A stretch of DNA of 64,000 nt from Clostridia bacterium (GCA_029061605.1 JAIDRT010000030.1:1693-65692); one strand, 5' to 3'; positions 1 to 8,072 are shown, counted from the stretch's first letter. The notes: generated by a model not told the origin, from the sequence alone. A program made the numbers and translations.

Positions 1-59
1 TTCTAACTTCAATTTTGGTTTTCCCATCTTCCGTATTATATATGATTATTATCCATATT

Positions 60-713
60 TTACCTCACGTCGCTTTGAAATGCTACGGCCTTGCCTAATA
101 TGCGTATTTGGTCAAGTTCTTCGCCTACGAACATAAATGGGGCGTAACTTGGATTTTCAGCCTGCAACATAAGTTTTTGGCGTTCGGGGTAGTAGTACAC
201 TCGTTTGAGAGTAGCCTCGTCGCCTATAAGTACTACGGCGATTTCGCCATTGTCAACCATCTCTTGTTTGCGAACAAACACAAGATCTCCATCGTGGATA
301 CGCGCGCCTATCATACTGTCGCCCTTTGCTCTTAGGCAAAAGTCGGCTTGAATGTTTGTGCCAAGCGCGATATACGACTCTTTGTCTTCTTCTGCATATA
401 TAGGCACTCCACAGGCTACAGAGCCGAGAAATGGAATCTTTTGTGTGGATATGGGGAATATATTGTCAAGTTTGAAAAAGTCAAGAGAGTTTTGGGGTTT
501 GTTCTTTTCTTCCCAACCCATAATATATGCTGGAGTTACCCCCAGAACATTTGCTATAATTTTAATCTTATCCATAGGAATATTGGTTATAATACCATTT
601 TCGTATTTAAAAACAGTCTGTTTAGTAGAGTTAATATGCTTTGCTAATTGATCTTGTGTCATATTTTTTTCAATACGCAACAATTTTATTTTTTTTCCTA
701 TATTGTTATTCAT
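60..713 (-). CDS. Prophage repressor, LexA/CI type (XRE-family HTH plus S24 self-cleaving peptidase domain)
   Basis: 217-aa ORF. N-terminal HTH 'MTQDQLAKHINSTKQTVFKYENG'. C-terminal S24 signatures 'AKGDSM' (Ser nucleophile) and 'EATLKR' (Lys). Divergent from a cro-like gene. Confidence 0.85.
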   Translation of the reverse strand: MNNNIGKKIKLLRIEKNMTQDQLAKHINSTKQTVFKYENGIITNIPMDKIKIIANVLGVTPAYIMGWEEKNKPQNSLDFFKLDNIFPISTQKIPFLGSVACGVPIYAEEDKESYIALGTNIQADFCLRAKGDSMIGARIHDGDLVFVRKQEMVDNGEIAVVLIGDEATLKRVYYYPERQKLMLQAENPSYAPFMFVGEELDQIRILGKAVAFQSDVR

Positions 714-742
714 AGCAATATCCTTTCATAGTTGATACTACA

Positions 743-771
743 AGTATAAATTATTGGACAAGAAAAGTCAA
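743..771 (-). promoter_or_regulatory. Putative sigma-A promoter of the repressor gene
   Basis: On the minus strand, TTGACT (766-771), a 17-nt spacer, then TATACT (743-748). An AAAGGA RBS precedes the ATG at 713. Confidence 0.5.
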
Positions 772-813
772 CTGATAAGATTAAAAATTTTCTTGAAAAG
801 TTACTAAAATTGC

Positions 814-843
814 TTGACAGGTTACATTTGGATAATTTATAAT
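814..843 (+). promoter_or_regulatory. Putative early (cro-side) promoter
   Basis: TTGACA (814-819), an 18-nt spacer, then TATAAT (838-843), back to back with the repressor promoter. Confidence 0.55.
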
Positions 844-847
844 CGGA

Positions 848-864
848 GTAACTCAATAAGTTAC
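848..864. promoter_or_regulatory. 17-bp operator-like palindrome GTAACT-N5-AGTTAC
   Basis: Perfect inverted hexamers just downstream of the -10 of the early promoter. Extra half-sites occur at 799-804 (AGTTAC) and 820-825 (GGTTAC). Confidence 0.5.
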
Positions 865-873
865 GGAGGTAAT

Positions 874-1080
874 ATGAATACAAAAAAATTGGAAACAGCA
901 ATCGTTGCGAGTGGATTAACAAAAAGAGAGGTCGCAATTAAAATCGGCATTACTCCAAAAACGTTCTATAATAAAATGAAAAAAGGCGCTTTTGGCACAG
1001 ATGAAGTTATTAATATGGTAGATTTGTTGAACATAAAAAATCCAAGCGAAATTTTTTTTTGCGAAATAAGTAACTTATAA
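874..1080 (+). CDS. Cro/XRE-like small HTH regulator
   Basis: 68 aa counted from ATG 874, behind RBS ACGGAGG. HTH 'LTKREVAIKIGITPKTFYNKMKKG'. Divergent from the repressor. Confidence 0.7.
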   Translation: MNTKKLETAIVASGLTKREVAIKIGITPKTFYNKMKKGAFGTDEVINMVDLLNIKNPSEIFFCEISNL

Positions 1081-1086
1081 AGTTAC
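1070..1086. promoter_or_regulatory. Second copy of the GTAACT-N5-AGTTAC palindrome, overlapping the cro stop codon
   Basis: Same hexamers and same N5 spacing as at 848-864. Confidence 0.4.
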
Positions 1087-1145
1087 CAAAATAAACAGGA
1101 GGGCAAGATGAAAGACACGAAGCAATTAGCGGAGGTAACTGCAAA

Positions 1146-1532
1146 ATGAACTATAAAGCAGTGTTCAAGTTAAAGGATGGAATAGAAGGTGAAATGAGGA
1201 TTACTGCTCAAAGCGATAGCGACGCATTTATGGCGACTTGTAGAATGTTCGCATTGCAGGACTCTGTAGAGTGGCGTATAGATAAGATGGAGTCGATCTT
1301 TAATCCTAAAGAGGAGATGAAAAAGGCATTGGATAATATTGAGAGGTTAGAGGAACAAGTCAATATGGAATATGATTATGCGCAAGACAAATTGAAAGCG
1401 TTGCCAGAAAAACTTGAGGGCGGGTATGAGCATCAGAGACGAGAAGAGTTAGTAGACAAACTTTACGAGGCGAGTGAATATCTTGCCGACGTTAAGAAGT
1501 ATTTGCAAGAATCTTCTGTATTAATAGAGTAA
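1146..1532 (+). CDS. Hypothetical early phage protein (128 aa, acidic, coiled-coil C-terminal half)
   Basis: ORF with a GCGGAGG RBS. No recognisable motif. Confidence 0.5.
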   Translation: MNYKAVFKLKDGIEGEMRITAQSDSDAFMATCRMFALQDSVEWRIDKMESIFNPKEEMKKALDNIERLEEQVNMEYDYAQDKLKALPEKLEGGYEHQRREELVDKLYEASEYLADVKKYLQESSVLIE

Positions 1533-1565
1533 ACAGATAATCAAAAGGTATAGGAGTTGAGGAGA

Positions 1566-1808
1566 ATGAGTTTTATAGAAGAACAAATCAAAAAGTATGA
1601 ATTTCAATTAAAGTTACTTAATAGCGGATTTTCAACACTGGTAGAGCGCAGAGAAATAGATATCATCAAGAACAAAAATTTACTAAAAATCATTTTAGAT
1701 ATAATAGAAGACACTCAAAGGAGTTTGGACTATTACAATAAAAGGCTGGACGAAGAGGATGTCGCAATAAATTTGGGAGAAAAAAGAATAGGAGGAAGTA
1801 ATGGATAA
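1566..1808 (+). CDS. Hypothetical early phage protein (~80 aa, coiled-coil)
   Basis: ATG 1566 lies behind TAGGAG. Its end overlaps the next start. Confidence 0.45.
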   Translation: MSFIEEQIKKYEFQLKLLNSGFSTLVERREIDIIKNKNLLKIILDIIEDTQRSLDYYNKRLDEEDVAINLGEKRIGGSNG

Positions 1809-2220
1809 ACTGACAAAGCAAATAATCAAGTGCAAAGTAATGCAATATCCGCATTTGCAGAATAAAATAGCAGACGATATTTCAAGCGTAAGTGAGAAAA
1901 TCACAAGCGTTGGAGTGTCAGGCGGAAAGTGCTCAGTGAGGAATATCAGCAGTTTTGACGAACGGCTGGTAAGTATAATGTGTAAGGAGGATTACTTATG
2001 GCGCGAGGCAATAGAGTTGGCAGCGGATTATTTTAAAGAAAGAGGACGTGAAGAAGTAGTCAAAGCAGTTGAAGGGTTGTATTGGAAGCGCACGCTAAAT
2101 GCAGACGGCGTGGCATTAAAACTAAATACTTGTAGAGCGCAGGTATATAGGAAAGTTGATGATTTTTTTGAAATGGTGCATAAATACGCTATTAGAAATG
2201 GAGTGATGTCCGTAAATTAG
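1801..2220 (+). CDS. Putative late-gene transcriptional activator (ArpU/RinA/sigma-70 region-4-like)
   Basis: 139 aa, positioned upstream of the packaging genes. The C-terminal segment 'ADGVALKLNTCRAQVYRKVDDFFEMV' looks like a region-4.2-type HTH. Confidence 0.45.
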   Translation: MDKLTKQIIKCKVMQYPHLQNKIADDISSVSEKITSVGVSGGKCSVRNISSFDERLVSIMCKEDYLWREAIELAADYFKERGREEVVKAVEGLYWKRTLNADGVALKLNTCRAQVYRKVDDFFEMVHKYAIRNGVMSVN

Positions 2221-2229
2221 CGTAAACAT

Positions 2230-2480
2230 ATTGAGACAAGTCTCATACAAAAACTAATATAAAGGGATGTAAAATGGTAATGTCCAAAAGAGGACGAGAG
2301 CGCTGAATAGCGTATGATATATGACTATAAAGACATCTAAAGCGTTGGCAAAAGTGCTGGCGCTTTCTCTATGCAGTAGTTCTCTTAAGGATAAAATATA
2401 AGGCGCTACATTGACAGTAAAATTAATGTGTGGTACAATAATAGCGCCTATCTCTAGGAGGAAGAGAGTGGCAAAGAAAA
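2230..2480 (+). repeat. Copy 1 of a ~250-bp direct repeat (leader module of moron cassette 1)
   Basis: Aligns to 3431-3681 at a constant offset of 1201-1202 nt. By eye the identity is roughly 85%, with two 1-nt indels. Confidence 0.9.
2411..2439 (+). promoter_or_regulatory. Promoter of cassette 1
   Basis: TTGACA, a 17-nt spacer, then TGgTACAAT (extended -10). It is flanked by the inverted heptamers AGGCGCT (2401-2407) and AGCGCCT (2443-2449). Confidence 0.6.
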
Positions 2481-3085
2481 AAACAAAAATAAATAGCGCA
2501 GGATATGAGCAGCCGGTAAATGAAAAGTCGCAATATCAAAGTTACAATAGCGACAATCTGGATATTGAAGATAATTCATACATAAGTGAAATAAAAAGAT
2601 ATCGTCATAATACAAAATACACTCAGATTATAGCAGACGATATAATATCTCAAAGAGGTGCGCAAAGTGGGGCGTTGGACGTTGAGGGCAAGGATGGAGA
2701 ACGCGCCCAAAAACACGCAAATATGATGTATGAGACGTTCAGGAATATAAAGAGTGACGTACCTAAGATAGCCGCAAGCACAGGTTATTCAGAGCAGGAA
2801 ATACAACGAGTAAAAAATCATCTGTTTTTTAATGAGTATGAACTTGCAGACGGAAAACACAAATTTTACCCAGACTTTTATCAGGCTCAGTCGTGGGATA
2901 GGTTGAGAAAAGGAGAGCCAATCGAAATTGATTTCATAATGATAGAGCACGAACTTATAGAAGAGTCGCTTATGCGTAATGGAATAAATTATGATGACGC
3001 TCATAACACAGCAAACGAGACAGCAAATTATCAGCAAGCAATAAAGGAGATTAAATATGGTCAAGTTAAGAAAAAAGGAAATTAA
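2468..3085 (+). CDS. Moron cassette 1, large protein: polymorphic-toxin or polyvalent-protein-like module (function unknown)
   Basis: GTG 2468 lies behind AGGAGG and is homologous to ATG 3669 of cassette 2. The N-terminal ~50 aa are shared with the cassette 2 protein (MAKK..., 'NT.Y..I.A.DII'). The C-terminal domain is different ('FYPDFYQAQSWDRL...IEHELIEESL...AHNTA'). Confidence 0.6.
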   Translation: MAKKKTKINSAGYEQPVNEKSQYQSYNSDNLDIEDNSYISEIKRYRHNTKYTQIIADDIISQRGAQSGALDVEGKDGERAQKHANMMYETFRNIKSDVPKIAASTGYSEQEIQRVKNHLFFNEYELADGKHKFYPDFYQAQSWDRLRKGEPIEIDFIMIEHELIEESLMRNGINYDDAHNTANETANYQQAIKEIKYGQVKKKGN

Positions 3086-3299
3086 AGACGGTATAATATA
3101 TTATTATTATCAAATTGAAGGAAAAGGTGAGTGGGGAGAGTTATTTATAAATACTAATAACGGTCAAAATGGCTGGAACATACTTGCCGAAGGAGATGTT
3201 GAGTGGTTTGACAATTGGCGTCAACACGCTTATTACAGGATGAGAGAATATGTCAAAGAGAACAATTATCCAGAGACAGATATGGTTGCTTGGGGTTAA
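3057..3299 (+). CDS. Moron cassette 1, small partner (immunity or antidote-like, 80 aa)
   Basis: Overlaps the upstream ORF by 29 nt. RBS AAGGAG. Small Trp/Tyr-rich acidic protein. Followed by a terminator. Confidence 0.5.
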   Translation: MVKLRKKEIKDGIIYYYYQIEGKGEWGELFINTNNGQNGWNILAEGDVEWFDNWRQHAYYRMREYVKENNYPETDMVAWG

Positions 3300-3319
3300 T
3301 TAGAATTATTAAAAAAATG

Positions 3320-3345
3320 AAGCGCTCTTTATGGGGCGCTTTTTC
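3320..3345 (+). terminator. Intrinsic terminator of cassette 1
   Basis: AAGCGC / GCGCTT stem followed by a T-run. Confidence 0.6.
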
Positions 3346-3430
3346 GTACCTAAAGTTGAAGTAGTTTGAAAAGATACGTAAGTACATTATAAGCAATAGA
3401 GTTATACTCGTAAATTAACAATAAAAAATA

Positions 3431-3681
3431 ATTGAGACAAGTCTCATACAAAAATGACAATAAAGGGGTGTAAAATGGTATTGTCCAAAAGAGGACGAGA
3501 GCGCTAAATAGCGTATGGTATATGACAATAACGTCATTAAAAGCGTTGGTAAAAAGTGCCAGCGTTTTCTTTATGCAGTAGTTCTCTTAAGAATAAAATA
3601 TAAGGCGCTGTATTGACTGCAATATTAAAGCGTGGTACAATAATAGCGCCTATCTCTGGGAGGAGAGAATGGCAAAGAAAA
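3431..3681 (+). repeat. Copy 2 of the ~250-bp leader repeat
   Basis: See copy 1. Confidence 0.9.
3613..3641 (+). promoter_or_regulatory. Promoter of cassette 2
   Basis: TTGACT, a 17-nt spacer, then TGgTACAAT. The same flanking AGGCGCT / AGCGCCT inverted heptamers are present. Confidence 0.6.
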
Positions 3682-4130
3682 TAGGCGCGGGTGGAAAGCC
3701 GCAAGAATATAATGAGCAGAATGGACAGTATGGATGCAGACAGCCCAAGAAGTTTAAGCAAAATACAAGTTATTCCGAGATACTTGCGGCTGATATAATA
3801 CAACTGCCTGACGAAACATTTCCAAGATCAGTTGGTGCAAAGTGGGCAAACTATGAGATTGAACTTGCTGATGGAGAGATAGTAAGGCTTCAAGAAGGAA
3901 GCAGACTTCATCACAAAGAAGTCTTTGCCGGAAAAGGAACTAAAATACCAATTCGAGAAGTAGACAGGCTTGTAGAGAAATATGGAGGTAAAGCAGAAAA
4001 CTGGCAAAAGATAAAAGCCATTGGTACTATAGAACATAGCAATGGAGAGATAGAAGAGATAGAGATTCATTGGTATGAGGAGCCACAAATAGGCAGAGTA
4101 AAATTAAAAGAGAAAAAAATAAGGAGATAG
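3669..4130 (+). CDS. Moron cassette 2, large protein: same N-terminal module as the 2468-3085 protein, with a different toxin-like C-terminal domain
   Basis: 153 aa. RBS GGGAGGAG. The C-terminal region 'GKGTKIPIREVDRLVEKYGG...WQKIKAIGT...IEIHWYEE' resembles C-terminal modules I recall on Firmicute phage head-morphogenesis and polymorphic-toxin proteins. I did not verify this. Confidence 0.55.
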   Translation: MAKKIGAGGKPQEYNEQNGQYGCRQPKKFKQNTSYSEILAADIIQLPDETFPRSVGAKWANYEIELADGEIVRLQEGSRLHHKEVFAGKGTKIPIREVDRLVEKYGGKAENWQKIKAIGTIEHSNGEIEEIEIHWYEEPQIGRVKLKEKKIRR

Positions 4131-4131
4131 A

Positions 4132-4317
4132 ATGAAAAGAGTAAAGTATATTGGAAAAACCAAGATGGACTATATTGTCCAGAATAACGATATGGATTTA
4201 ATTCCTAATAAGATTTATGAGATAATTGAAGAGACAGAGCGTAGTTACATTGTAATAGACGAAAGCGGTGAAGATTATGCATATCCGAAATCTTTTTTTG
4301 ATTTAATAGAAGATTAA
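4132..4317 (+). CDS. Moron cassette 2, small partner (immunity or antidote-like, 61 aa)
   Basis: Starts 1 nt after the upstream stop. RBS AAGGAG. Small acidic protein. Followed by a terminator. Confidence 0.5.
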   Translation: MKRVKYIGKTKMDYIVQNNDMDLIPNKIYEIIEETERSYIVIDESGEDYAYPKSFFDLIED

Positions 4318-4360
4318 ATTAGTCGTATAAGGAAATATAATGTAATAACAGCACAAACAC

Positions 4361-4388
4361 AAGGCACTCTAACAAGGGTGCTTTTTTC
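4361..4388 (+). terminator. Intrinsic terminator of cassette 2
   Basis: AAGGCAC / GTGCTTT stem followed by TTTTT. Confidence 0.55.
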
Positions 4389-4411
4389 ATATTCAAAAGG
4401 AGGCAATGGCA

Positions 4412-4873
4412 ATGGCGAAATATAATTGGAGCGAACTCAAGATTGCCTTTCTCAACGGCAATTATAAAAGTCTAAAGGATTTTGCAGAGGAAAGAAACAT
4501 ACCGTATCGGACGTTGCGAAAGTCAGCCGTAGGCTGGGGTAAAGAAAAGCGAGAAAAGACAGGAAATATACAGAAAGAATTATTTGCAAGTCAGATAGAA
4601 AAGGGAAGTTCTTGCAGTACATCAAGAAATGAAAGAATATTAAATGCGCAAGACAAGTTGCTTGAATTTTATGAAAATATAAGTCCTAAAGACATAATAG
4701 AGTGGGCGAAGGACTCGCCCAAGATATTTGTATCATTGACAGCAGGTTTGATCAACTTGCAAAAGATACACAGGCTCGCAGAGGGATTGGATAAAGCGAG
4801 TAGCGTAGAGGACGCAAGCGCAAAGTTGGATAAACTTTGCGAGGCTATAAAGGATGTCAAGAAAAATGAATAA
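4412..4873 (+). CDS. terS: Terminase small subunit
   Basis: Lies immediately upstream of TerL and overlaps it. N-terminal HTH-like 'SLKDFAEERNIPYRTLRKSAVGW'. ATG 4412 has better RBS spacing than ATG 4406. Confidence 0.7.
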   Translation: MAKYNWSELKIAFLNGNYKSLKDFAEERNIPYRTLRKSAVGWGKEKREKTGNIQKELFASQIEKGSSCSTSRNERILNAQDKLLEFYENISPKDIIEWAKDSPKIFVSLTAGLINLQKIHRLAEGLDKASSVEDASAKLDKLCEAIKDVKKNE

Positions 4874-6197
4874 TTATTTTACGTCAAAACAACGTCAAGT
4901 TCTTAGACAGGCAAATAAGCGTTGGAACATCTTGACTGGGGCGGTGCGCAGCGGAAAAACCTTTGTGTCGTACTTTCTAATACCTGAGAGAGTAAAGGAA
5001 CACTACGATAACAACATACTATTCGTTGGCAAAACTGTAAACACGTTAGATAGAAACGTATTTGATCCAATGCGTTCAATCTTTGGAGACAAGTATATTT
5101 CCAAGATAATAGATAAGCGGTTTGTATACATATTTGGCAAGAGATGTTACGTCGTGGGAGCAAACGACGAAAGAAGCATAACGAAGATACAGGGCTTATC
5201 GCTTGGGTATTGTTATTGCGACGAGTTGACTACGTATCCCGAGAGTTTCTTTCAGATGCTAAAGTCAAGATTGGATTTAAGCAATAGCAAATGCGACGCG
5301 ACTTGCAACCCAGAGAGCCCAAGCCATTTTGTCAAGCAACATATCGACAACAACGACTTAGACATATATACTGAGCATTTTACGATATACGACAATGACC
5401 GGCTACCTGCGGAGTTTGTCAAAAACTTAGAAAACGAGTATAGAGGTACGGTATACTTTGACAAGTGGATACTTGGAAAGTGGGTCAAAAGCGAGGGGCT
5501 TGTATTCCCATTGTTTAGACGAGAGAAACATTATATAACGTATCAAGAATATTTAAAATATTATGGCAGCAATAAGATAAAGTACGTAATATGGGGAGTG
5601 GACGGCGCTACGACCAACGATAGTACGGCAATTGTGCCTGTTGCGATTTTGCAGACAGGGCAAGCGGTTGTGCTCGACTTGTTCTATCACAATCCAAAGG
5701 TAAACGGTCAGTTGTCTAACGAGCAACTTATACCTTACATTAAGCAATATATGGATGATATGGAAAGTAAGTACCGATTAAAACAAAACGGCGCTTATTT
5801 TTATACCACGGTGGATTGCGCTGCGGCAGACTTGAAGATCACGCTTGGCTCGCACTTGCCAGCATACTTCAACGTGCATAAGTACACTAAGAAAGATATA
5901 CAGCAGACGACGGATATTGTCAACAATGCTTTGGGGCGTAACGCTGTGATTATTCTTGATATCGGCGGTTATTATAACTACGTTAGGCGGACTTTTGTTA
6001 AAGAGGTATCTCCACTCGTAGTTGATATTGAGAATATGACTTGGGATGCAGACAACAAAAAGTACGACCCAAGCGTGCCTAACGATTGCGCAGACGCATT
6101 TAGATATGCATTATGCGCGTACTTTATCAATCCTGATAATCTTTGGAGTACGCCGGAGGCTAATATCTATTTTAAGGAGAGAATAATAAATGAGTGA
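4854..6197 (+). CDS. terL: Terminase large subunit (PBSX/Terminase_3-like)
   Basis: 447 aa. Walker A 'GAVRSGKTF'. 'CYCDELT' is Walker B-like. The C-terminal nuclease part contains 'WGVDGA...' and 'NDCADAFRYA'. Confidence 0.85.
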   Translation: MSRKMNNYFTSKQRQVLRQANKRWNILTGAVRSGKTFVSYFLIPERVKEHYDNNILFVGKTVNTLDRNVFDPMRSIFGDKYISKIIDKRFVYIFGKRCYVVGANDERSITKIQGLSLGYCYCDELTTYPESFFQMLKSRLDLSNSKCDATCNPESPSHFVKQHIDNNDLDIYTEHFTIYDNDRLPAEFVKNLENEYRGTVYFDKWILGKWVKSEGLVFPLFRREKHYITYQEYLKYYGSNKIKYVIWGVDGATTNDSTAIVPVAILQTGQAVVLDLFYHNPKVNGQLSNEQLIPYIKQYMDDMESKYRLKQNGAYFYTTVDCAAADLKITLGSHLPAYFNVHKYTKKDIQQTTDIVNNALGRNAVIILDIGGYYNYVRRTFVKEVSPLVVDIENMTWDADNKKYDPSVPNDCADAFRYALCAYFINPDNLWSTPEANIYFKERIINE

Positions 6198-7809
6198 AGA
6201 ATATCAAAAATTGCGTCTTAACGAAAAGACGCCTGAATACGTAAATGCCTCGGCATTCAATACGTATGCAACTTACGCATTGACGAGTCACGCCGCATTC
6301 TATGCAATGGTAGACTCAACATATAACGGATTTATGAGGCGGTGGGTGCAGAATTGGCTGTGGTGGTATGATGGATACGTGCCATATTTTCATAATCAAC
6401 AGAACGGTATATTCAGTACTAGGATGGGACAAGCGCTCGTTGATAAAATGGCAAAAAAAGTCGTCGGCGGTCGAGTAATGTTCAAAGTCAGCGGAGAAGA
6501 GCGCAATTTACGCAAGGCATCTGATAGACCGTTGACCAACGAGGCGTTGCAATATGTCAACGAGTGGGCGAAAGATACTGACTTTGCAGGAGCCGTTAAG
6601 CGCGTCGTGAGGTTTGCCGCAGCGGCAGGCACTGGGCTTTTGAAGATAAACAAGAGCGGCGGTAAGTATTGGGTGGACGCGTTACGCTTTGACAGTTTTT
6701 TGCCTACGGTAGACTTTAGAGGTCGAATTATTGACGTAAAGTGCTATCTGCAACCTTATACTAGAATGTCGGCAGATAGAAAGGGCAACGGAACAGCGTA
6801 CTATCTCGTTGAGCATAGATATTACGGAGAGTATACGAGGGCGGACGGTAAGGTGATTTGGAACGCTCCTCTTGCGACATATGAAGTGCACGCCGTCAGC
6901 GGCAGTATTGAACTTGCACAGTATGACGCAGGTAAAGGAAGCAGAGTGCCTTACGAGAGTTTACCTAAAGCAGTTCGTAAGAGTATACGCAAGGACTTCG
7001 GCGTTATGATAGACAAACCTATGTTGTTGCCGTTTTCTGAAGATATGAGCCTTGGTTGCGAACTTGTCAAATGGACGGACGGCGTAAGCAATCTGCCTCA
7101 AGTACCATTTGGTGAAAGTTTGTTGGCGCCTGTCATTGCACAACTTATGGCGTACGACTATTACTTCTCGGCGTTCAACACGGATATGTACACCGGCAGA
7201 GCAAGAGTGTTGACCTCAACGGCTATGATGTCTCCAAACAATGGAGGGCAAAACAGCGGTATGGATAATTACTTGCTCACCAAAATACCTAATTATAGCG
7301 GAGACGACCAAAAACCGATACCGCTACAGTTTGACTTGCGTTCGCAATCCTGGGCGGAGATACGTGACCATATAATACAAAATATATCTATTCTTACAGG
7401 AATCAACGTGGCTACTATAGCCTCATTTCTCAATGACAGTCAAGCGCAGAAGACGGCTAGAGAAGTCAGCGTAGAGGAAAATGAGACGGCGTCTGGCATA
7501 TATGAAAAGAGAGAAATTATAGAGCGACCGATAAATCGCATAATCAAGTCGATTATACGACTTGCCGGCTACAACGACGATATCGTCGTTCGGTGGAGTA
7601 CGAGCGAACTTATGAATGCTTTCAATCGTTTGGATTACGCTGTGTCCGGTGTTAACAACGGAATAATGTCCAAGGAGAGAGCAATCAAGATGCTTAATCC
7701 AGATGACGACGACGAACAAATTTTTGACGAGTTAAAAACCATTGAAGAGGATGGCAATAATGCTCAAGTCCAACCAATTGATAATTTGCGGAAAAGATCA
7801 AAATCGTAG
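6190..7809 (+). CDS. Portal protein
   Basis: 539 aa. Overlaps the TerL stop. Size and position are typical of a portal. Confidence 0.7.
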   Translation: MSEEYQKLRLNEKTPEYVNASAFNTYATYALTSHAAFYAMVDSTYNGFMRRWVQNWLWWYDGYVPYFHNQQNGIFSTRMGQALVDKMAKKVVGGRVMFKVSGEERNLRKASDRPLTNEALQYVNEWAKDTDFAGAVKRVVRFAAAAGTGLLKINKSGGKYWVDALRFDSFLPTVDFRGRIIDVKCYLQPYTRMSADRKGNGTAYYLVEHRYYGEYTRADGKVIWNAPLATYEVHAVSGSIELAQYDAGKGSRVPYESLPKAVRKSIRKDFGVMIDKPMLLPFSEDMSLGCELVKWTDGVSNLPQVPFGESLLAPVIAQLMAYDYYFSAFNTDMYTGRARVLTSTAMMSPNNGGQNSGMDNYLLTKIPNYSGDDQKPIPLQFDLRSQSWAEIRDHIIQNISILTGINVATIASFLNDSQAQKTAREVSVEENETASGIYEKREIIERPINRIIKSIIRLAGYNDDIVVRWSTSELMNAFNRLDYAVSGVNNGIMSKERAIKMLNPDDDDEQIFDELKTIEEDGNNAQVQPIDNLRKRSKS

Positions 7810-7863
7810 AGTTTAGATAGCCGTAAGCAATAAATTTGGTAGCAAAAAAATATCAAGACAAAT

Positions 7864-7888
7864 GACAACCGGTGGGTTGTCCTTTTTA
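7864..7888 (+). terminator. Intrinsic terminator-like hairpin after the portal gene
   Basis: GACAACC-GGTG-GGTTGTC followed by CTTTTT. Confidence 0.55.
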
Positions 7889-8072
7889 ATGCAACGAAGA
7901 GGCATTCACCTCTTTATATACAAAGCCTTAGGCAGGGCTTTAACTTGCTAGGACTACCATAGACGCGTGGCTAGGCTGGTTGCGGCGCAGTCGCAAGAGG
8001 CTAAAAACGGCTGGCGCGAGTAAAGGTTGTCCGAAACGAATATATTCGAGACCCAAACAGGAGGTTAAAAAA

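Noticed and set aside
1-27. The start of a minus-strand ORF (MGKPKLKLE...) running off the left edge, downstream of the repressor.
   Set aside because: Only nine codons are visible, so it cannot be supported or named. It might belong to the missing integrase or excision region.
2401-2449. Inverted heptamers AGGCGCT / AGCGCCT flanking the cassette promoter (also present at 3603-3651), considered as an invertible phase-variation switch.
   Set aside because: Only 35 bp lie between 7-bp arms, which is far too short for a recombinase-driven inverton. No invertase gene is present. Regulator half-sites are a more likely explanation.
7980-8072. An N-terminal extension of the scaffold ORF (track start 7980). 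Similar extensions appear at 814, 2411, 11748, 14153 (minus strand), 27715, 36400, 58133, 59236 and 62868.
   Set aside because: In each case an internal ATG or GTG has a properly spaced GGAGG-type RBS or a stop/start overlap. The upstream extension crosses terminators, promoters or the preceding gene.
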